A stretch of DNA of 64,000 bases, taken from the NCBI GenBank assembly GCA_951406725.2, contig OX597825.1, positions 86,552,001-86,616,000 of the forward strand, given 5' to 3'. Numbering within the stretch: position 1 is the first letter of the stretch; each line of letters starts with the position of its first letter. The notes below the pieces were generated by a model, which was given only the letters and a program-made list of their open reading frames with translations, was not told the origin of the DNA and did no database searches. Both the position numbers and the translations under genes were made by a program. Shown one piece after another: positions 25,503-39,036 of the stretch. This DNA comes from Octopus vulgaris. Taxonomy: Eukaryota.

Positions 25503-26037
25503 CCTTTTCCATACCAACACTTGCAGCATGGCTTAATGGTTAGGATGTTCGGTTCAGAATTTATAAATCATGTGTTCGATCCCCAGTGGTGCATTGTATC
25601 CTTAAGTAAGATACTTTATTTCATGTTGCTCTGATAAATTCAAGTGGCAAAACTTAGTTGTACCTGTAGTTCAAAGGACCAACAGTGTGTCATGTTGAAT
25701 CTTCCTGAGAACCATGTCAAGGGTAGGTGTGTCTGTGCAGTGCTGCTCAGCAATGTGCTCATTAATTACAAGAGCAGGTTGTCTGATTGATCAGGTCAAC
25801 CGGAACCCGCATCGTTGTAATCAATGGAGTGCTAGTCATACCAACGTACCCCAGCTTGCCACCTGGTTCCATGATGCAAATACACTGATTTAAGGGGATC
25901 TAAATTAAAACCTTCCATCAAAATTTCATATTATGCTCTACCCACCAACTTAATAAATGCAGTTATTTTACTAAATTCTTTATTATTTAAGAATTTACTG
26001 GGATAGACATTACAACAGACATTTGGTCATGAAATGG
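25503..26037. mobile_element. TTAA-flanked MITE interrupted by a tRNA-derived SINE (25519-25836)
   Basis: TTAA|CCTTTTCCATACCAA...TTGGTCATGAAATGG|TTAA. The inner SINE has A-box-like TGGCTTAATGG and B-box-like GTTCGATCC, and is flanked by the 9-bp duplication cataccaac (25510-25518, 25837-25845). Confidence 0.7.
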
Positions 26038-26082
26038 TTAAATCAGTTGACATAAGTTGAATTAGTCTAATTTTAATTAGTT

Positions 26083-26351
26083 ATCCATCCATCTTTTCCA
26101 TCTACCATCCCTGTGAGGGTCCTGAAGGGTAGAGTCTTCAGGCGCCTTCCCCCATAGGGTCCTGTCAGAAGCAACTGTCCTGAGACTTTCTGGTTGGGTT
26201 CCCAAGTGTGATCAACTGGAACTGTGCATATTATCCAACCGTCCCATTCCTGGTCTACCCTTGGGTCTTCTGGTAGTTGGCTCGGCTTGAAGAATCCATT
26301 TTGTGATTCTTTCCTGTGACATTCTAATCACATATCTGTAAATTCAGAGCT
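26083..26351 (-). mobile_element. 3' end of an RTE-clade LINE (degenerate)
   Basis: The - strand translates YRYVIRMSQERITKWILQAEPTTRRPKGRPGMGRLDNM, resembling the RTE C-terminal W.GHV.RM...R..K....KRPRGRP...W.D pattern; (ATGG)n tail. Confidence 0.7.
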
Positions 26352-27208
26352 GTTTAGATAATTTACTGGAATTTAAAATGTTTTTTTTTTTGTTTTTTTT
26401 TGTCCTGTTTTATCACTTTCGAATCCGCTGTGCTAGGGTTTGAACTGTAAACCACCAGATGTCATACGTTTTTATTTTCTCTTGTGTGTCTGACTTGATT
26501 CCATGCATTTGTTAAATTATCTTTTTTGACCCAGCACCAAATTCTTTTCTTCTAAATTGGCAGTTTTGTGTCAAAACACTTGACATGGAGTGGGACAGAC
26601 ACACGAAACAGCTTTTGTCTACAAAATTATGCTTGCAAAGTATTATTCAACTTGCATCCATAATAGAAGACAGTTGCCTGCCACAGCTGCATGGTGAGAT
26701 CAATCGGACCCAGAATGGTGTTGTTACATAGCAAACTTGTTCAACATTCAGCTATGCATACATACATGCAAGCATGTATGCATGCATGCATAGAAAATTC
26801 ACTTCCTATGTGGTTTTGGATTAAGTCCCTTTGGCAAGTGTGTTCTTCTGTACTCTAAGGTTAACCAAAGCCTTGTGAGTGGAGATGGTTGATGTAAATT
26901 GTGTAGCATCCGGTATGTCTTTGTCTTGACGTTGCATGATAGATGTAAATGAGTGTCACCATCATACAAGCGGTGTCGTTTTTTTTTTTTCAATCTTCTG
27001 TGAAAACCTGCCTTAGTTGGAAATAAGTGATGGCCAGCAATGGGAAGAGTATCTGGGTGTAGAAAGTCTACCCATTGAATTTCATTTGACTCATTCAAAA
27101 TGCCAGTGCCATCTGAGTGGCACCTGTGTTGGTGGTATGTAAAAGGCACTGTTGGAGCTTTGGGCCTCGTGGAGACAGTGACAGGTGACCGAGACCTTGG
27201 GCAATATA

Positions 27209-28073
27209 TTGGGTCATCCCATAAATAATGTGATTTTTTTTAATAGTTCTTTTATTTTTCAAAATTAATATAAAGTTCTGTTTTAATCTAAAATATACTC
27301 TCCTTCATTTTCTACAATGCTCTTCCATCTATCGGGTTGACTTGCAAGGCCCCTCTTCCAAAATTCACTTGTCCATGCTGGAACCTACTCCACCAGTATT
27401 GTTCTCTGACCTTGTCTACAGAATTCATATTTTTTCTGTCCAAATGATTTTTAAGATTGCAGAATAAATGATAATCAGATGGGGCATCGTTTCCCATTCA
27501 AACTGAGCCAGCCTTAGGAATGTCATCCTCGCTGTATCCGGCTGAGCATTATCCTGATGGCAGAATACATTTCCTCTTGAAACCAGAGATGGTCGTTTTC
27601 TTTTTACTGCTAACTTGAATGACTGATTGAATCCAAGCTTCTCTGCTAGTTCCTCAACAGTTATGATAGGATTTTGTTCCACCAGGATTTGCAGGATGTC
27701 CTTGTTGAGCTCCACAGATCTTCCAGGACGAGGCTTGTCTTCTAGGCTGTAATTTCCAGCTTGGAATTTCTGGAACCACCATTCACACTGGCTTATGCTT
27801 ATTATCCAATCCCCATATACTGCATTAATATTCCTCGCATTTTCCGTTGTGTTGTTGCCTTTATTGAACTCATAAAGCAAAATATGCTGAATATGCTTTG
27901 GAAAAAAAAAAGTTAAGATTGAACTGCACTCTTCAAAACTTGCACTAAGAATAAGGAAAGGGAAAATTACTACCTGCTTTTAAAGGAAGTTGATGCAGGT
28001 AGTTTATCCCTTCCCTTCTGATTTTTAGTTCATACAATTGAACAAAAACTGCCTTATTTACGGCATGACCCAG
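27209..28073 (-). mobile_element. Second mariner family, internally deleted (865 bp), nested in an older interspersed repeat
   Basis: Diverged TIRs of about 30 bp (TTGGGTCATCCCATAAATAA / reverse complement CTGGGTCATGCCGTAAATAA), with TA at 27207-27208 and 28074-28075. Confidence 0.9.
27312..27895 (-). pseudogene. Mariner transposase pseudogene
   Basis: LYEFNKG..A.NI..VYG..WFQKFQAGNYSLEDKPRPGR..EELAEKL is fused directly to KRKRPSL..HQDNAQP..WETMPH, followed by PSDYHLF in another frame. The central domain and YSPDLA are deleted. Confidence 0.9.
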
Positions 28074-28521
28074 TACCATGCTTGTGTAGACCTGTTAAGC
28101 CAAATGAGACTGTAGTCATGGCCGATGCTGGCATCCATGCCTGTGGCATGTAAAAAAAAACACATCCACTATACTCTCAGAGTGGTTGGCGTTAGGGAAG
28201 GCACCAAGCTGTCGGAACCTGGTGTGGCTCCCCAGCTTACCAGTTTTCAGTGAAACCATCCAACCCATGCCAGCATGGAAAACGGATGTTAAATGATGAT
28301 GATAATAAAAAGCGGACATGAAAATAAAGATGATGATGTACTTAGACACACACACAATGTTTTTTTTTTATAACCTGAAAGTCCTACATTTACCAGAATG
28401 ACATCTTTACTGAGTTAAGTACAACAGTGATACTTGCATTGTAAACCATCAATCATTTGTAGTGAATGTTTTGTAGTCGAGTCGATTCCAGTGTTTTCCA
28501 TGTCACCATTATACTCTATCA

Positions 28522-29000
28522 AAAAGCTGGTCAGCTGGCAGAATCGTTAGCACACTGGATGAAATGCTTGGTGGTATTTCACCTGTTGTAAAGGCGGTGG
28601 GCTGGCAGAAACGTTAGCACGCCGGGCGAAATGCGTAGCCGTATTTCGTCTACCGTTACGTTCTGAGTTCAAATTCCGCCGAGGTCGACTTTGCCTTTCA
28701 TCCTTTCGGGGTCGATTAAATAAGTACCAGTTTCGCACTGGGGTCGGTGTAATTGACTTAATACCTATGTCTGTCCTTGTTTGTACCCTCTATGTTTAGC
28801 CCCTTGTGGGCAATAAAAAAAAAAAAAAAAAAAAAAAGGTATTTCACCTGTTGCTACATTCTGATCTTCAAATTCCACCAAAGTTGACTTTGCCTTTCAT
28901 CCTTTCAGGGTCAGTAAAATAAGTACCAGTTGGGCTCTGGGGTCGATGTAATCAACTATTCCCCTCCCCCAAAATTTCAGGCCTTGTGCTTGTAGTAGAA
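28522..29000 (+). mobile_element. Older host SINE of the same head/core family, split by the insertion at 28589
   Basis: Head 28522-28588 continues seamlessly into 28854-29000, with a 3' end aaatttcaggccttgtg..tagtagaaa. Confidence 0.85.
28589..28837 (+). mobile_element. Young tRNA-derived SINE (Nin/Deu-like central domain) with an A23 tail, nested in an older relative
   Basis: Perfect 16-bp TSD GGTATTTCACCTGTTG (28573-28588, 28838-28853); CpGs largely intact; B box GAGTTCAAATTCC; central GCCTTTCATCCTTTCGGGGTCGAT.AAATAAGTACCAG. Confidence 0.92.
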
Positions 29001-30359
29001 AGCAAGGACTATTAAGTATGGAGATGACTGGAATTTTTACAAACTCCATTGTATAGGAACAGCATAAACTTGATGTTGGTGAAACTGTATAAAGGAAAGT
29101 TAACACCAGGATTGTTTGAACTTGTTTCCTCAACATTCAATCTAGAAATAAATTTACTCGTTATTATTAATAAAGGAAATACTCTAGTGTGTAAGTAAAT
29201 TTAAAAACCTAATAAACTGCAATATATAATAGCTACTGAAAGTACTCCTTGAGTATTGACTCATATGGAGTATCTTCATCAGCGTGTGTGTGTGTAAGGC
29301 AGTGTTTGGGCATAGATGTGCTTTTATGTATAACGATCTGGATGGTTTGATATAATCCAATGAGCTGGAGAGGATTGTGTTGAAGTTCAATGTTTTTGTT
29401 TGGTTTCTACAACTGGGTGCATTTTCTGATGTCACCCCTATTACAGTGTGTCCAAGGTGCATTTTTTTTTATGCACCAGCACCAGTGAGGTCACCAGATA
29501 AAGACCCTTGAGACTGAGTGGGGTTGTAGTAGAGAGGGAGGTGGTTTTATTGCCAGTTGTTTAGAGGCAAAAGTTTTGATAGATGGCTGGGTACAAATGT
29601 CTTACTACAGAGGAGAAACCTGGCTGCTTTGTATTATATAAGGGTAGGTGGGAGTATCTATATTTGTAGCATGGGAGTAAGGAGCAGAGTAAATAGTAAA
29701 ATACATTGAGGAGAAGAGGTAAATGAGTGGAAATGGTTTGAGAACCATGATGCAGTGTGTTCTTCATGAAGTGGAGAGGTATGTCATGTCGGTGTTGGCT
29801 GAACGAACCTTTGCTTTCTGGTTGTGACCATCCATCTGTTTATCAAGAACTATAGTCTCTTATCACATCTTTTATATAAAGGCAACAGTGTATCTAGGAT
29901 GATATTGTACAATGTGTCCCCTTATTTGATATGGTTAAGGTGTGATCTGATTCCTATTTCTAGCAGATTATTGGGCTACCATCTGGAGGTTTGTTTGTTG
30001 GTTGATATGCATAGATGTACTCTGTTGGACCAATTTTATTTATAAAGCATTGGTCAGATGAAGGCCATAGTAGTAGACACCTACCCATGGTACCTCAGAT
30101 TTCACCTCAAATAGAGACAATATAAAATGAAAAGAAAAATGTCAATTTCTGAAGAATTCCTTTCAAGCTCGTTTGTTTTGACCATATTCGGTCTTTTCAG
30201 GTGATGTTATCTAAATACCTGGTAGTTTTCTATTAGTGGCAGAGCCATCTTAACAGCAATACAGGTCACTGAGTAAAGGGTTACAACATTTTCTTATGAC
30301 TGTTGGGCCCTTAGATCTGTGAGGCCCTCAAGCAACTACCCGAGGTGACCATACCTTAA

Positions 30360-30560
30360 CCCTTTGGCATTCACATTATTCTCTCCACAGTAATACTTAT
30401 TTTGAATTAATCCTGCGTTATTTTTTAGCTATGAGATTTTGGTGAGGTAACTTAATTTTTAGAATGATTTTATAGGGCTGGTGTGAGAGGCCGGATCTGG
30501 TTAGTTTGATCACAAAACAGAATATTTTGGCCAGTTGTGGCTGGTTTAAATGCTAAAGGA
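30360..30560 (+). mobile_element. piggyBac-type MITE, same family as 41949-42164
   Basis: TTAA|CCCTTTGGCATT...AATGCTAAAGGA|TTAA. Confidence 0.8.
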
Positions 30561-33500
30561 TTAAAATGACCCTTGTTAGTGGTTTGGATGTGTTGTATTT
30601 CCAGAACCCATTACGTGCAAGGGAGGCAGATGTTAAATGATAATACATTTCATCACAAATTAAATTTAAGTTTTGATTTGTCTCTAGTTGTGTTGAAATT
30701 TGAACACACAGAAAGAAGAGAGAGTCATGGTTGGAATGCTTTTGAAATTTTTAAAAACACTTTCCAATTCTAGAAAAACAACAGAATGGATTTTTGCCAA
30801 AAATATAAAAAGCCTAGAAATTGTTTAAGTTTGTAAAAAGTTTGTTTGTCCTTAATTACATCCATCATCCATAATGTGAAAGGCATCACTGAAGAGTGTG
30901 GGATATTTTTAAGGAGCAGAATCATTAGATGTGGTTGTTTAGCCCTGGGTCAATCTCGATCAGAGCTTTTTCAGCTGTGACCATCCAACATTTTTTTCTT
31001 TCAGTCAATTATGACTACATAGTACATTGTCCTTCTTTTGAAGTCGGTTGTGGGATAGATGGGCTGTTTCTAGCAATCACTTAGATGTCTTAATGTAATA
31101 ACAGCTCAACGTTGGCCGTTGTATAAATCTTTTGATACCATCATACCCAAGACTGCCCCCTGGGTCTCTGATGTAAATTTCTAGTTTTAAACTGCCCTGC
31201 ATCAAAGCATTCCATTAAATTTCAATGTTCTCTTACAAACACCAGATGAATAACTGGGGTTGTTTTTTCTTCTTCTAGAAATTAATTGAAACAAAGGCAG
31301 TGTCGTATTTCAGCTGAAATTAATGCAAAAAGTGAATCTCAGGGCAGCCATGATGCACCAGGGCCCATCCTCTTTATTTTCCACAACCGTTTTGAACTGG
31401 CAGAATAGACTATGAAGGAGATTTGGCTGCTATTTCTAGCTGGTTGAGCAATCACATAAAGGTTCACTGTTTGCCAGTTTAGATTTAGTAATACTTAGTG
31501 TGTGTGTGTGTGTGTGTGTGTGACTTGCCAGTGTAATAAGTTGTCTGAGACTGATATAATGACATGGTATGTAGTTAAGTGAGCCCTTCACTTAGGTTAC
31601 CAGCATGACTGCCATCTCCGCCGCCACCCACCCCTCATCACAACCCCCACCACTTTACTGTTGTGACTTGTGTGCTATTTCATATTTCTCCTGCTGCTGC
31701 TGCACACTGAGTATATAACAACCAGTGTTTTTTCATGTCAAACTAGGTGACTGACAGGAAATTCCATTAACTTCTGCCTCCGCCTCCTCCTCCTCCTCCT
31801 CCGTTAGTGGGGGCCAGGCCATGTGTTGCTGCCTTTCATAACTACTGGCTTTTTTAAAGGCAGATCAGCAAATCTAAGTTAGAAACATTTGTTTTTGCTA
31901 ATACTGTTTAGATAAATTAATATCTTGTTTGCCTTCTTGTCTCACTACAACTACTATACTTTGGTCATTTACCATATATTGGCAATTATTTTTAAAGAAA
32001 CATGATAATGAAATAGTTCTGGGTTTATCTTGGCTTATCTTCACAAGCAGGAAAATAATCCTAATTACTTTTGCATTTTTAAATTCTATTAAAAAATCCT
32101 ATTAAACCAGACCTTGTTTTTTTTTTTGTGCATGTTTGATTAAAATCCTTAGTTTATCCCTGTTGAGGTCAACTAGATGAATGGACATCTTGTTGTACCA
32201 TCGTTTCGTGAGTGAAGTTAATCAATTCATAAGGATTATGTTCTGTTTTAAACTTTTCCCTGTATCACTCCAGTATCTGTTGATAGTGTGGCTAATTTTG
32301 GGTTCTACTCTCTTGTAAAACAGGAATCCTTCACATTCTAGAAATGTTGCTGCTGTATCCTGCCTGTAAACAGCTGATTATATGCCAGACCCTAAACCCT
32401 TAACATATCTGCTTCCTAATCAACCTCCTGATTTCTTAAGGTTATATTTTCAAACACATTGCAATGACAGATTACTCAACAGAAATACTCTTTTTATTTT
32501 TAAATACTTTTATTTTTTTTAAAAATTTCTCCTCACTTGTGCTGACCGTTCCAATATTCACCCACCCACCAGTAATGATAATAATGAAGTCGATAATTTT
32601 AATTATTTCCTAAATTCAAGCACACATAATTTTCTGTTTTGGCCTTAGTAATCTTGAACAGATGGTGGTGGTGGTGCACAGATCTTTAAAAAATTGTACT
32701 CCAAGAACTTATTTTTAGCCTGTTCTGGTTTATGGCTTTTTTCCATGCTAGTTTATTTATGTTTGGTCTGTTGATAGGAATCTCTACGACTCAAATATCT
32801 TGCAACATGGAACATTTCTTCTGCAAACTGACTACTGGAAGCCTATTTGTAATCATTAACTTAGTTTTTTTTTTTTCTTTAATTTCTAAATATTGGTCAA
32901 TTAAAATAAACAGGCCTGTATCTTGTTATCAGTGTATAGTTATTTGATATGGAATTAAAAATAAGGAACTATTAAGGAAGCTGATAGTTTTTGTTTTAGA
33001 TATTTTCTTGAAATGTATCCTGATTTTGTAGATTTTTTTTCCTTAAAAAACATCTGCAGCCCTGAAGTAGGCCTATAACTGTGTCAGTTGTTGTTATGTG
33101 TAAGATAAGGTGATGGCAGTAAACTTGATATTTCATTATGTTGGGGGAGGTCAACCAGGGCCCACCATTCACTGAATAAATATTTTCATCTCCAATGTTG
33201 GTTTTATATTGAAAATGGTTTTGGTGTGTCTTGGAATTAGCCATGTTTTAAATCCCATTGGATTAGTTGTTGGTATTGTATAACCATGGGTCAACTTTGA
33301 CCGTGAAAGCCTTTAAGTTCAGATGCATTCCAGCCATGTCTGTCCCTCTCTTTCCTGAAGCATATAGGACCATATCAGTCAATGTGGCCTTTTTGTTTTC
33401 ATTAGAAGGTAAAATGTGACTTGAGGGTGAGTTGGCTGTTATTTCAAGCAGGTTGAATGACTATACAGTGGCTCCATTGTTAATTTGATAACATTAGTTG

Positions 33501-34569
33501 TATGCAATAGATTGTATTTGGTATGTTTACTTAAAAGTTGAGGCAAGTCTTCATTATGGACTAATTCAATAAATTTGGTTACGATGAGGGATGAAAATTT
33601 TAAATTTCGGGCTCTGGAACTCTAATTGGTAGTATTTTATAAATTAGTGACGCAGGCCATTATTACTTATCTTGTATTTTGGAGTTTACTCAGAGTATAA
33701 AAGAAGTTTCGTTAATGTTTACCAAGGATAATTCTCATCAGTCAGTACTTAATGTTTTGTAATAGGGCTGTGATAAAAGATTGATCAAACTGTTGTCCTT
33801 TCAATAATAATGATTGATTGAGCTTAGTAGTTTGATCAATAAATCAGTCATCTCTGATTGAAGTAAATAATTTAGTTTGATGCAGTGATCAAACCTCATA
33901 TATAATAAAATAGGTTTTGTGTCACTGTGACCATTGTTAGAAACCTTTCATTCACTGTTTCAGTTTCTGATATTTATCGGAATCGGTAAAGTGGCTGTCA
34001 ATAATATTTTGTAGTCTTTAGCTGTGTCCCTTTTGTTTTCAGAGTCCAAATATTGTAGAGGTTAACATTTCCATTTAATCTTCCACAGTTGTAAAATAAG
34101 TACCTGTCGCATAAAATTTAACAAATATTTACACTGTACATAAAACATGTTTCTACATATAGAGAGCTCTCACATACTTTTTATTATACTTGGCAACACA
34201 TAAGGCATATTTATATAGACAGAGGTCTCACTTATATATTCTGTATACCTTGAACACTTGAGCCAGCCCCCCTCCCACCAGGAGTAAAGGAAAGTAAAAT
34301 AATTGCACCTTGAGAACATGGGAATAAAGATTTGTTGAAGGCAAAGATTATTTATTTTTTTTTCTCTTGAGCTTGTTTAGATGGCCAACTAGCCTTAATG
34401 ATGTTACCTAAATATGGTGTTGGTTTGGAGGGAGGTATTGGATTCTCCTATAAAAAGAATTGCTGTTATGGATAAATATTTTTCTGATTGGCAGGTTTAC
34501 TTTATAAAGATAAGTAGGAAACAGTTTATACAGTCGGAGTTGAGTCTATTTAGATTTGGAGATGTTTAT

Positions 34570-34927
34570 TTATTGCCTCCGCCTTAACGAAGGTGGAGGG
34601 ATTGTTTTCAGTCATGTTTATTTGTTTGTCTGTAGACAAGATATCACAAAAACCGCTGGATGGATTTGGATGAAACTTTCAAGGATGTTTGGCCTTGTGA
34701 CTGGCATGAACTGAGTAGATTTGAGGATTGATCTGGTTCCAGACAAGGATTCTGGATTATTTTTCTGTTTTTTGTTTTATTTAATTTTTGAGAGTGGTCC
34801 AATTCAATTTTAGTATTCCCGTTTGTGAGAGTAGTCGAGTTTATTTTAGATATTCTCATTTTAAAAATCATCTCTGGCTAATTGTTGAGAGGACATTGGT
34901 GTTGTCCTGGCAGAGGTTTGCGCTCTT
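34570..34927 (+). mobile_element. Helentron-associated non-autonomous element (HINE/DINE-1-like)
   Basis: 5' subterminal CCTCCGCC with a local hairpin, TTTG/TCTG microsatellite, ggatggatttggatgaaacttt core and 3' GGCAGAGG inverted subterminal repeat. Confidence 0.65.
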
Positions 34928-37900
34928 GTTATATTTGATATAAACAAATTGATGGATTTTCTGTGTGGCAAACTCTGTCTGTCTGTCTGTCTGTCGCTTT
35001 CTCCCTCCCACCTTAACTTTGTTTTGTTTAGGTTTCATTATGGCTGACCTTTCTTGTGGATCCATTTCTTAACTGGATGCACTGTTTATATGAATAGTCT
35101 GCTATAATTTCAAATTTGATGTTTTTTTTTTACTTTGTGTCTCTCTCTGCCAATTTGGAATGGTTGTGTCAGCATTATCATTTTTGCATGCTTAGAACTT
35201 TGTTTCTATAACAACAAGAATGGCTTTTAAGAAGTTGTATTATTGTTGAGGGTAATTCACTTAGCATTCTCACTGGGACCATTCTGTCTATATTAGTTTT
35301 TCTTCAAGGATATATTACAACTTGCTGGTCTAACAAGCACATGCATGCAGAGAGAGAGAGAGAGAGAGAGTGAGATTTGTGGGGTGGTCAGTAGCTTGTT
35401 AGTTTTCTTTAGGATTGTTGCATTAGTCAAAGAAATTAGATGTTCTGAGACAACCTTCATCTTGAGGAGATCCAGCACCATGCTGTGTCTTTACTCTTCT
35501 CTGTGGCTGCTCACTCTACCTTTTGTTTTCTATTAAATAGTATACTGGGTCTTTGTTACTCCTGTTATAAATGTATATATTTTTTATCTTGGACTGTGGC
35601 CATGCTGGGGCATCACCTCAGTTCTTATTTTCTTAAAGCTTGCTACTTATTCAAATCCTTATTAATTCCAAATCATTATTTTATTGGTTTAGCATTTTAA
35701 ATCTAGCTTCACTCCTGTTCTGTAGACAACTATAAAATAGTCTGTACAGCAGAGAGTGGGTAGAAATAATATCAGAGCTGTTGATGAAATGCTTTGTGGT
35801 TATTTAGTTGTGTCCCTTTACGAAGCTCTCTCCCTCCAGCATCCACTTTACCTTTCACTCTTCTGAGGCCGGTAGAGGACTACTCTCCCCTTATCCTCCT
35901 CTTTGAATCTTGTGATCTTGTGTCAATGTTAGAAATTCAGTTCTTTTGGTTTGATCCTGTTATATTTTGCTCTTTCACTGCACTCAATGCTAATGCCTTT
36001 GAGTAAAGCATAAAACAACTTAACATCCTGTGTCTCCTCGCCCCCCCCCCAAACAATACAAGGTATTTTTACATGTATATTAGAAAATTATTTAAATTTT
36101 GAGCTAGTCTTCTGTACAAGACAATGCCAAAATCATATGGAAATTAATAATGTTAAATCTTTAATTTGTCCTATGGAATAATTTACTGAAGTTAGCCACA
36201 GATCTTGAAATACTGAAAATCTCTTAATTATTCATTGTTAGTTTTATTCCATATGATTGATAATCCTCAACATTATCTTAACATGGACCAGATGGAATTT
36301 GTTGAGACATAAGGTTGGATGCCCTTCCTGTCACCAACCTTTACCTGTTTCCAAGCAAGGTAATGTCCCCCCCGCCCCAGATTTTCATAGGACATTGGCT
36401 ATAAATGACAGTGACACTCACTTACAACTATGACATGTGATGTCTTGTATTCACCGGCAGCGAGTAGTTGTATTAAAATTGAAAAATTGTTATTTCTGAG
36501 ATTTGTTGCCTGTGAGTTTTTGATTTGATGGAATGTCTAAAGTTTGAGTTTGCTGGATCACGGAATTGGAACATGATAAAAAATAAAGCTGAATAACATT
36601 TCATTGCGGCAATGGCTCCACTGTTGATTTTCTTATCTTCTTTCAATGGTCTATTCAGTTTCCCAGCCTAATGATGAGACCAACTAAAAAGTGGTTTGGA
36701 ATTCTTGAGATAACTATCAATTAAACAAATACAAATAAGCATTTAGTTTTTGAAGTTACTAGTAGAAGCTGAAGATAAAAACGAACAGTGTTTACCCTGT
36801 GTGTGCTTGTGAAATGGTTCTTTTAGAAACTGAATTAGAATTCCAGTAATTTGTGACTTACCAGCCAGAAGGGCTTATTGTAAATAGTAAATATTTCTTG
36901 AAAAACAAGAGCCATTTGATAAGTTTGGTGCACACTTATTGAGATGGATAACATGTCATAGAAGTAGGAGTTTCATTCTCATTAAAGTCTGATTGAAAAG
37001 AAAAAAAAAAGTAAATTTCAAGTGAGTCTATGCCTACTCAGTATCTGTCCTCCCTCAACTTGGTTGGACGAGGCCCAAATAGATAAGTCCTTGTCTGTCT
37101 CTTGTAATGTCCAATGGCAAGTGATATTTATGATGATTGTAATGAGGAATGTTAGTGTTCATTCAGTAATATTTTTACTTAACAGTAATAATAATAATAA
37201 TAATCACAGTGCATTCTTGAAATGATTAAGCCATTGTTTTGAAAGTATGCCATGAATGCTTTCCCGTTCAGTTTTTCACTAGGACAGTGGAACAAACAAC
37301 GCTTTCTTCATCGTGTTTTGTCAAAGTTTTAACATAGACTGTTCAACTGAAATTCTTCCTAAACTCGTGTGCAATTATTTTTACTGTTAATCGGCTTTTG
37401 TGTAGAGTTTGTAGCCATGTAATAAAGATTTATGAAAGTTAGAATAAAATATGATAAACATCACAAACAAAAACAGCAACCTATTAAAGAACATTGCATT
37501 ATAAATATTGTTAATTGGTTCTTGGCTGTTGGTAATTCATTTAAAACAAATTCCTCTCTATTTGTTACTTCATGTAAGTGGGTGTCAGAAGGTTTTCATA
37601 CATGGAGTATTATTATTATCATCATTAAACATGGCTGAAGTAGAATACAGGGTGATGGGGTGGCAGTGACTAGAAGTGGGTGACTAATAATGCTTTTCTT
37701 TCATTTTCCTAGCAAGACACTTAGCTTTTGTAAATAGGTAGCATAAAGTTTTAGTATTAGTTCTTTGCTCTAATCTGCAGGGATGTTGTATAATTGGTCA
37801 GTGCTGAGCTGAAATCCAACCATGGGCCACTTGAAAATGAGATGGAAACTGCAGATAAGACTATCATCATCTCAGATGTGACTAAAGTATTGGGTTGTTC

Positions 37901-38970
37901 GCTTTTAGTTTGAAAGTTCAGATCCACTGAAGATGTTGTTTTCTGCTGAGGACAGTTCTGCGTTTAGTGGTTCACCCAGATCTTGGGAAATAGTGACCAA
38001 AGCATCTGTGAGCAGGCACACTTGATAAATTGATGTCATACCCATGGTATTGTGTATCTCATTCTACCATGGGCCATGTGGGACTTTATAATACACTTAG
38101 ATTATTGTCCACTGTTACTACTGGGCCTCTGGAAGTGATGGGGGGAGGAGAGGAAAGTATCCTTAAATCAGGGAGCTGGCTTGGATACTGCTTGGCCTCT
38201 GCTAACAGCTATCCAAAAGACCAGGTGGTTCTGTTAAACTGGGGGTGGATTAAGTCTATCACCCATACAGGCTGTGTCTGCATTTGAAGGCAAGAGTTGC
38301 AAGACATTCTGCTTGGCATTTCATCTGATGCTCTAACAAACTCCTCTAACTCTCTCTTTCTCTCTCAAATACTCAGCCATTAATTCATTAATGTAATAAC
38401 GATTTCTAAGTTGGCAGAAAGCCACACATTTGTGGAAGAGGAGGAGGAAGATAATCAATTAGAACCAACTGAAATAAGTAATCAGTTGACTCAACCCCTT
38501 TAAATTATTTATTGGCAGAAGAGAAACTGGAATTTACTGGAACATCCACTGAGCCAGTGGTTGTAGTCTGATCACACAAAGATTTGTCTTTCAAATGGAC
38601 AACGTTTTGAAATTCATTTTGTTGTTGTTGCTGCTGCTGCTATTGAAAGTGATGGGCAGTTTGTGGGAGCAAGCTGTGCATATCTATGGTTTGTGGTTGA
38701 GGCATTTTCAGGTCTGGTGTATTTTCTTTCAGAGAGTCCTCACCGTTATCAATAATAAATGGTCTCTAAGAAAGGTAAATTGGATACTGTAAAGTGTAGC
38801 ATTTGTGTAAGTGAAGATTTCAGCTGGGTGATACTTCTAAGCTGCTGCTGCGGGGTCTGTTTTCTTGATATGTTTTTAGATGCTGGTTACGTGTTAGTCT
38901 TCTGCATAGGAATGTTTGGTTAGTTACAACAGTGACTGGATTGTTAAGCCAGAAAAAGGAACAATGTGCA

Positions 38971-38991
38971 TGTGTGTGTGTGTGTGTGTGT

Positions 38992-39032
<41 letters not shown>
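38971..39032. repeat. (TG)n(AG)n compound microsatellite
   Basis: Directly visible. Confidence 0.95.
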
Positions 39033-39036
<4 letters not shown>

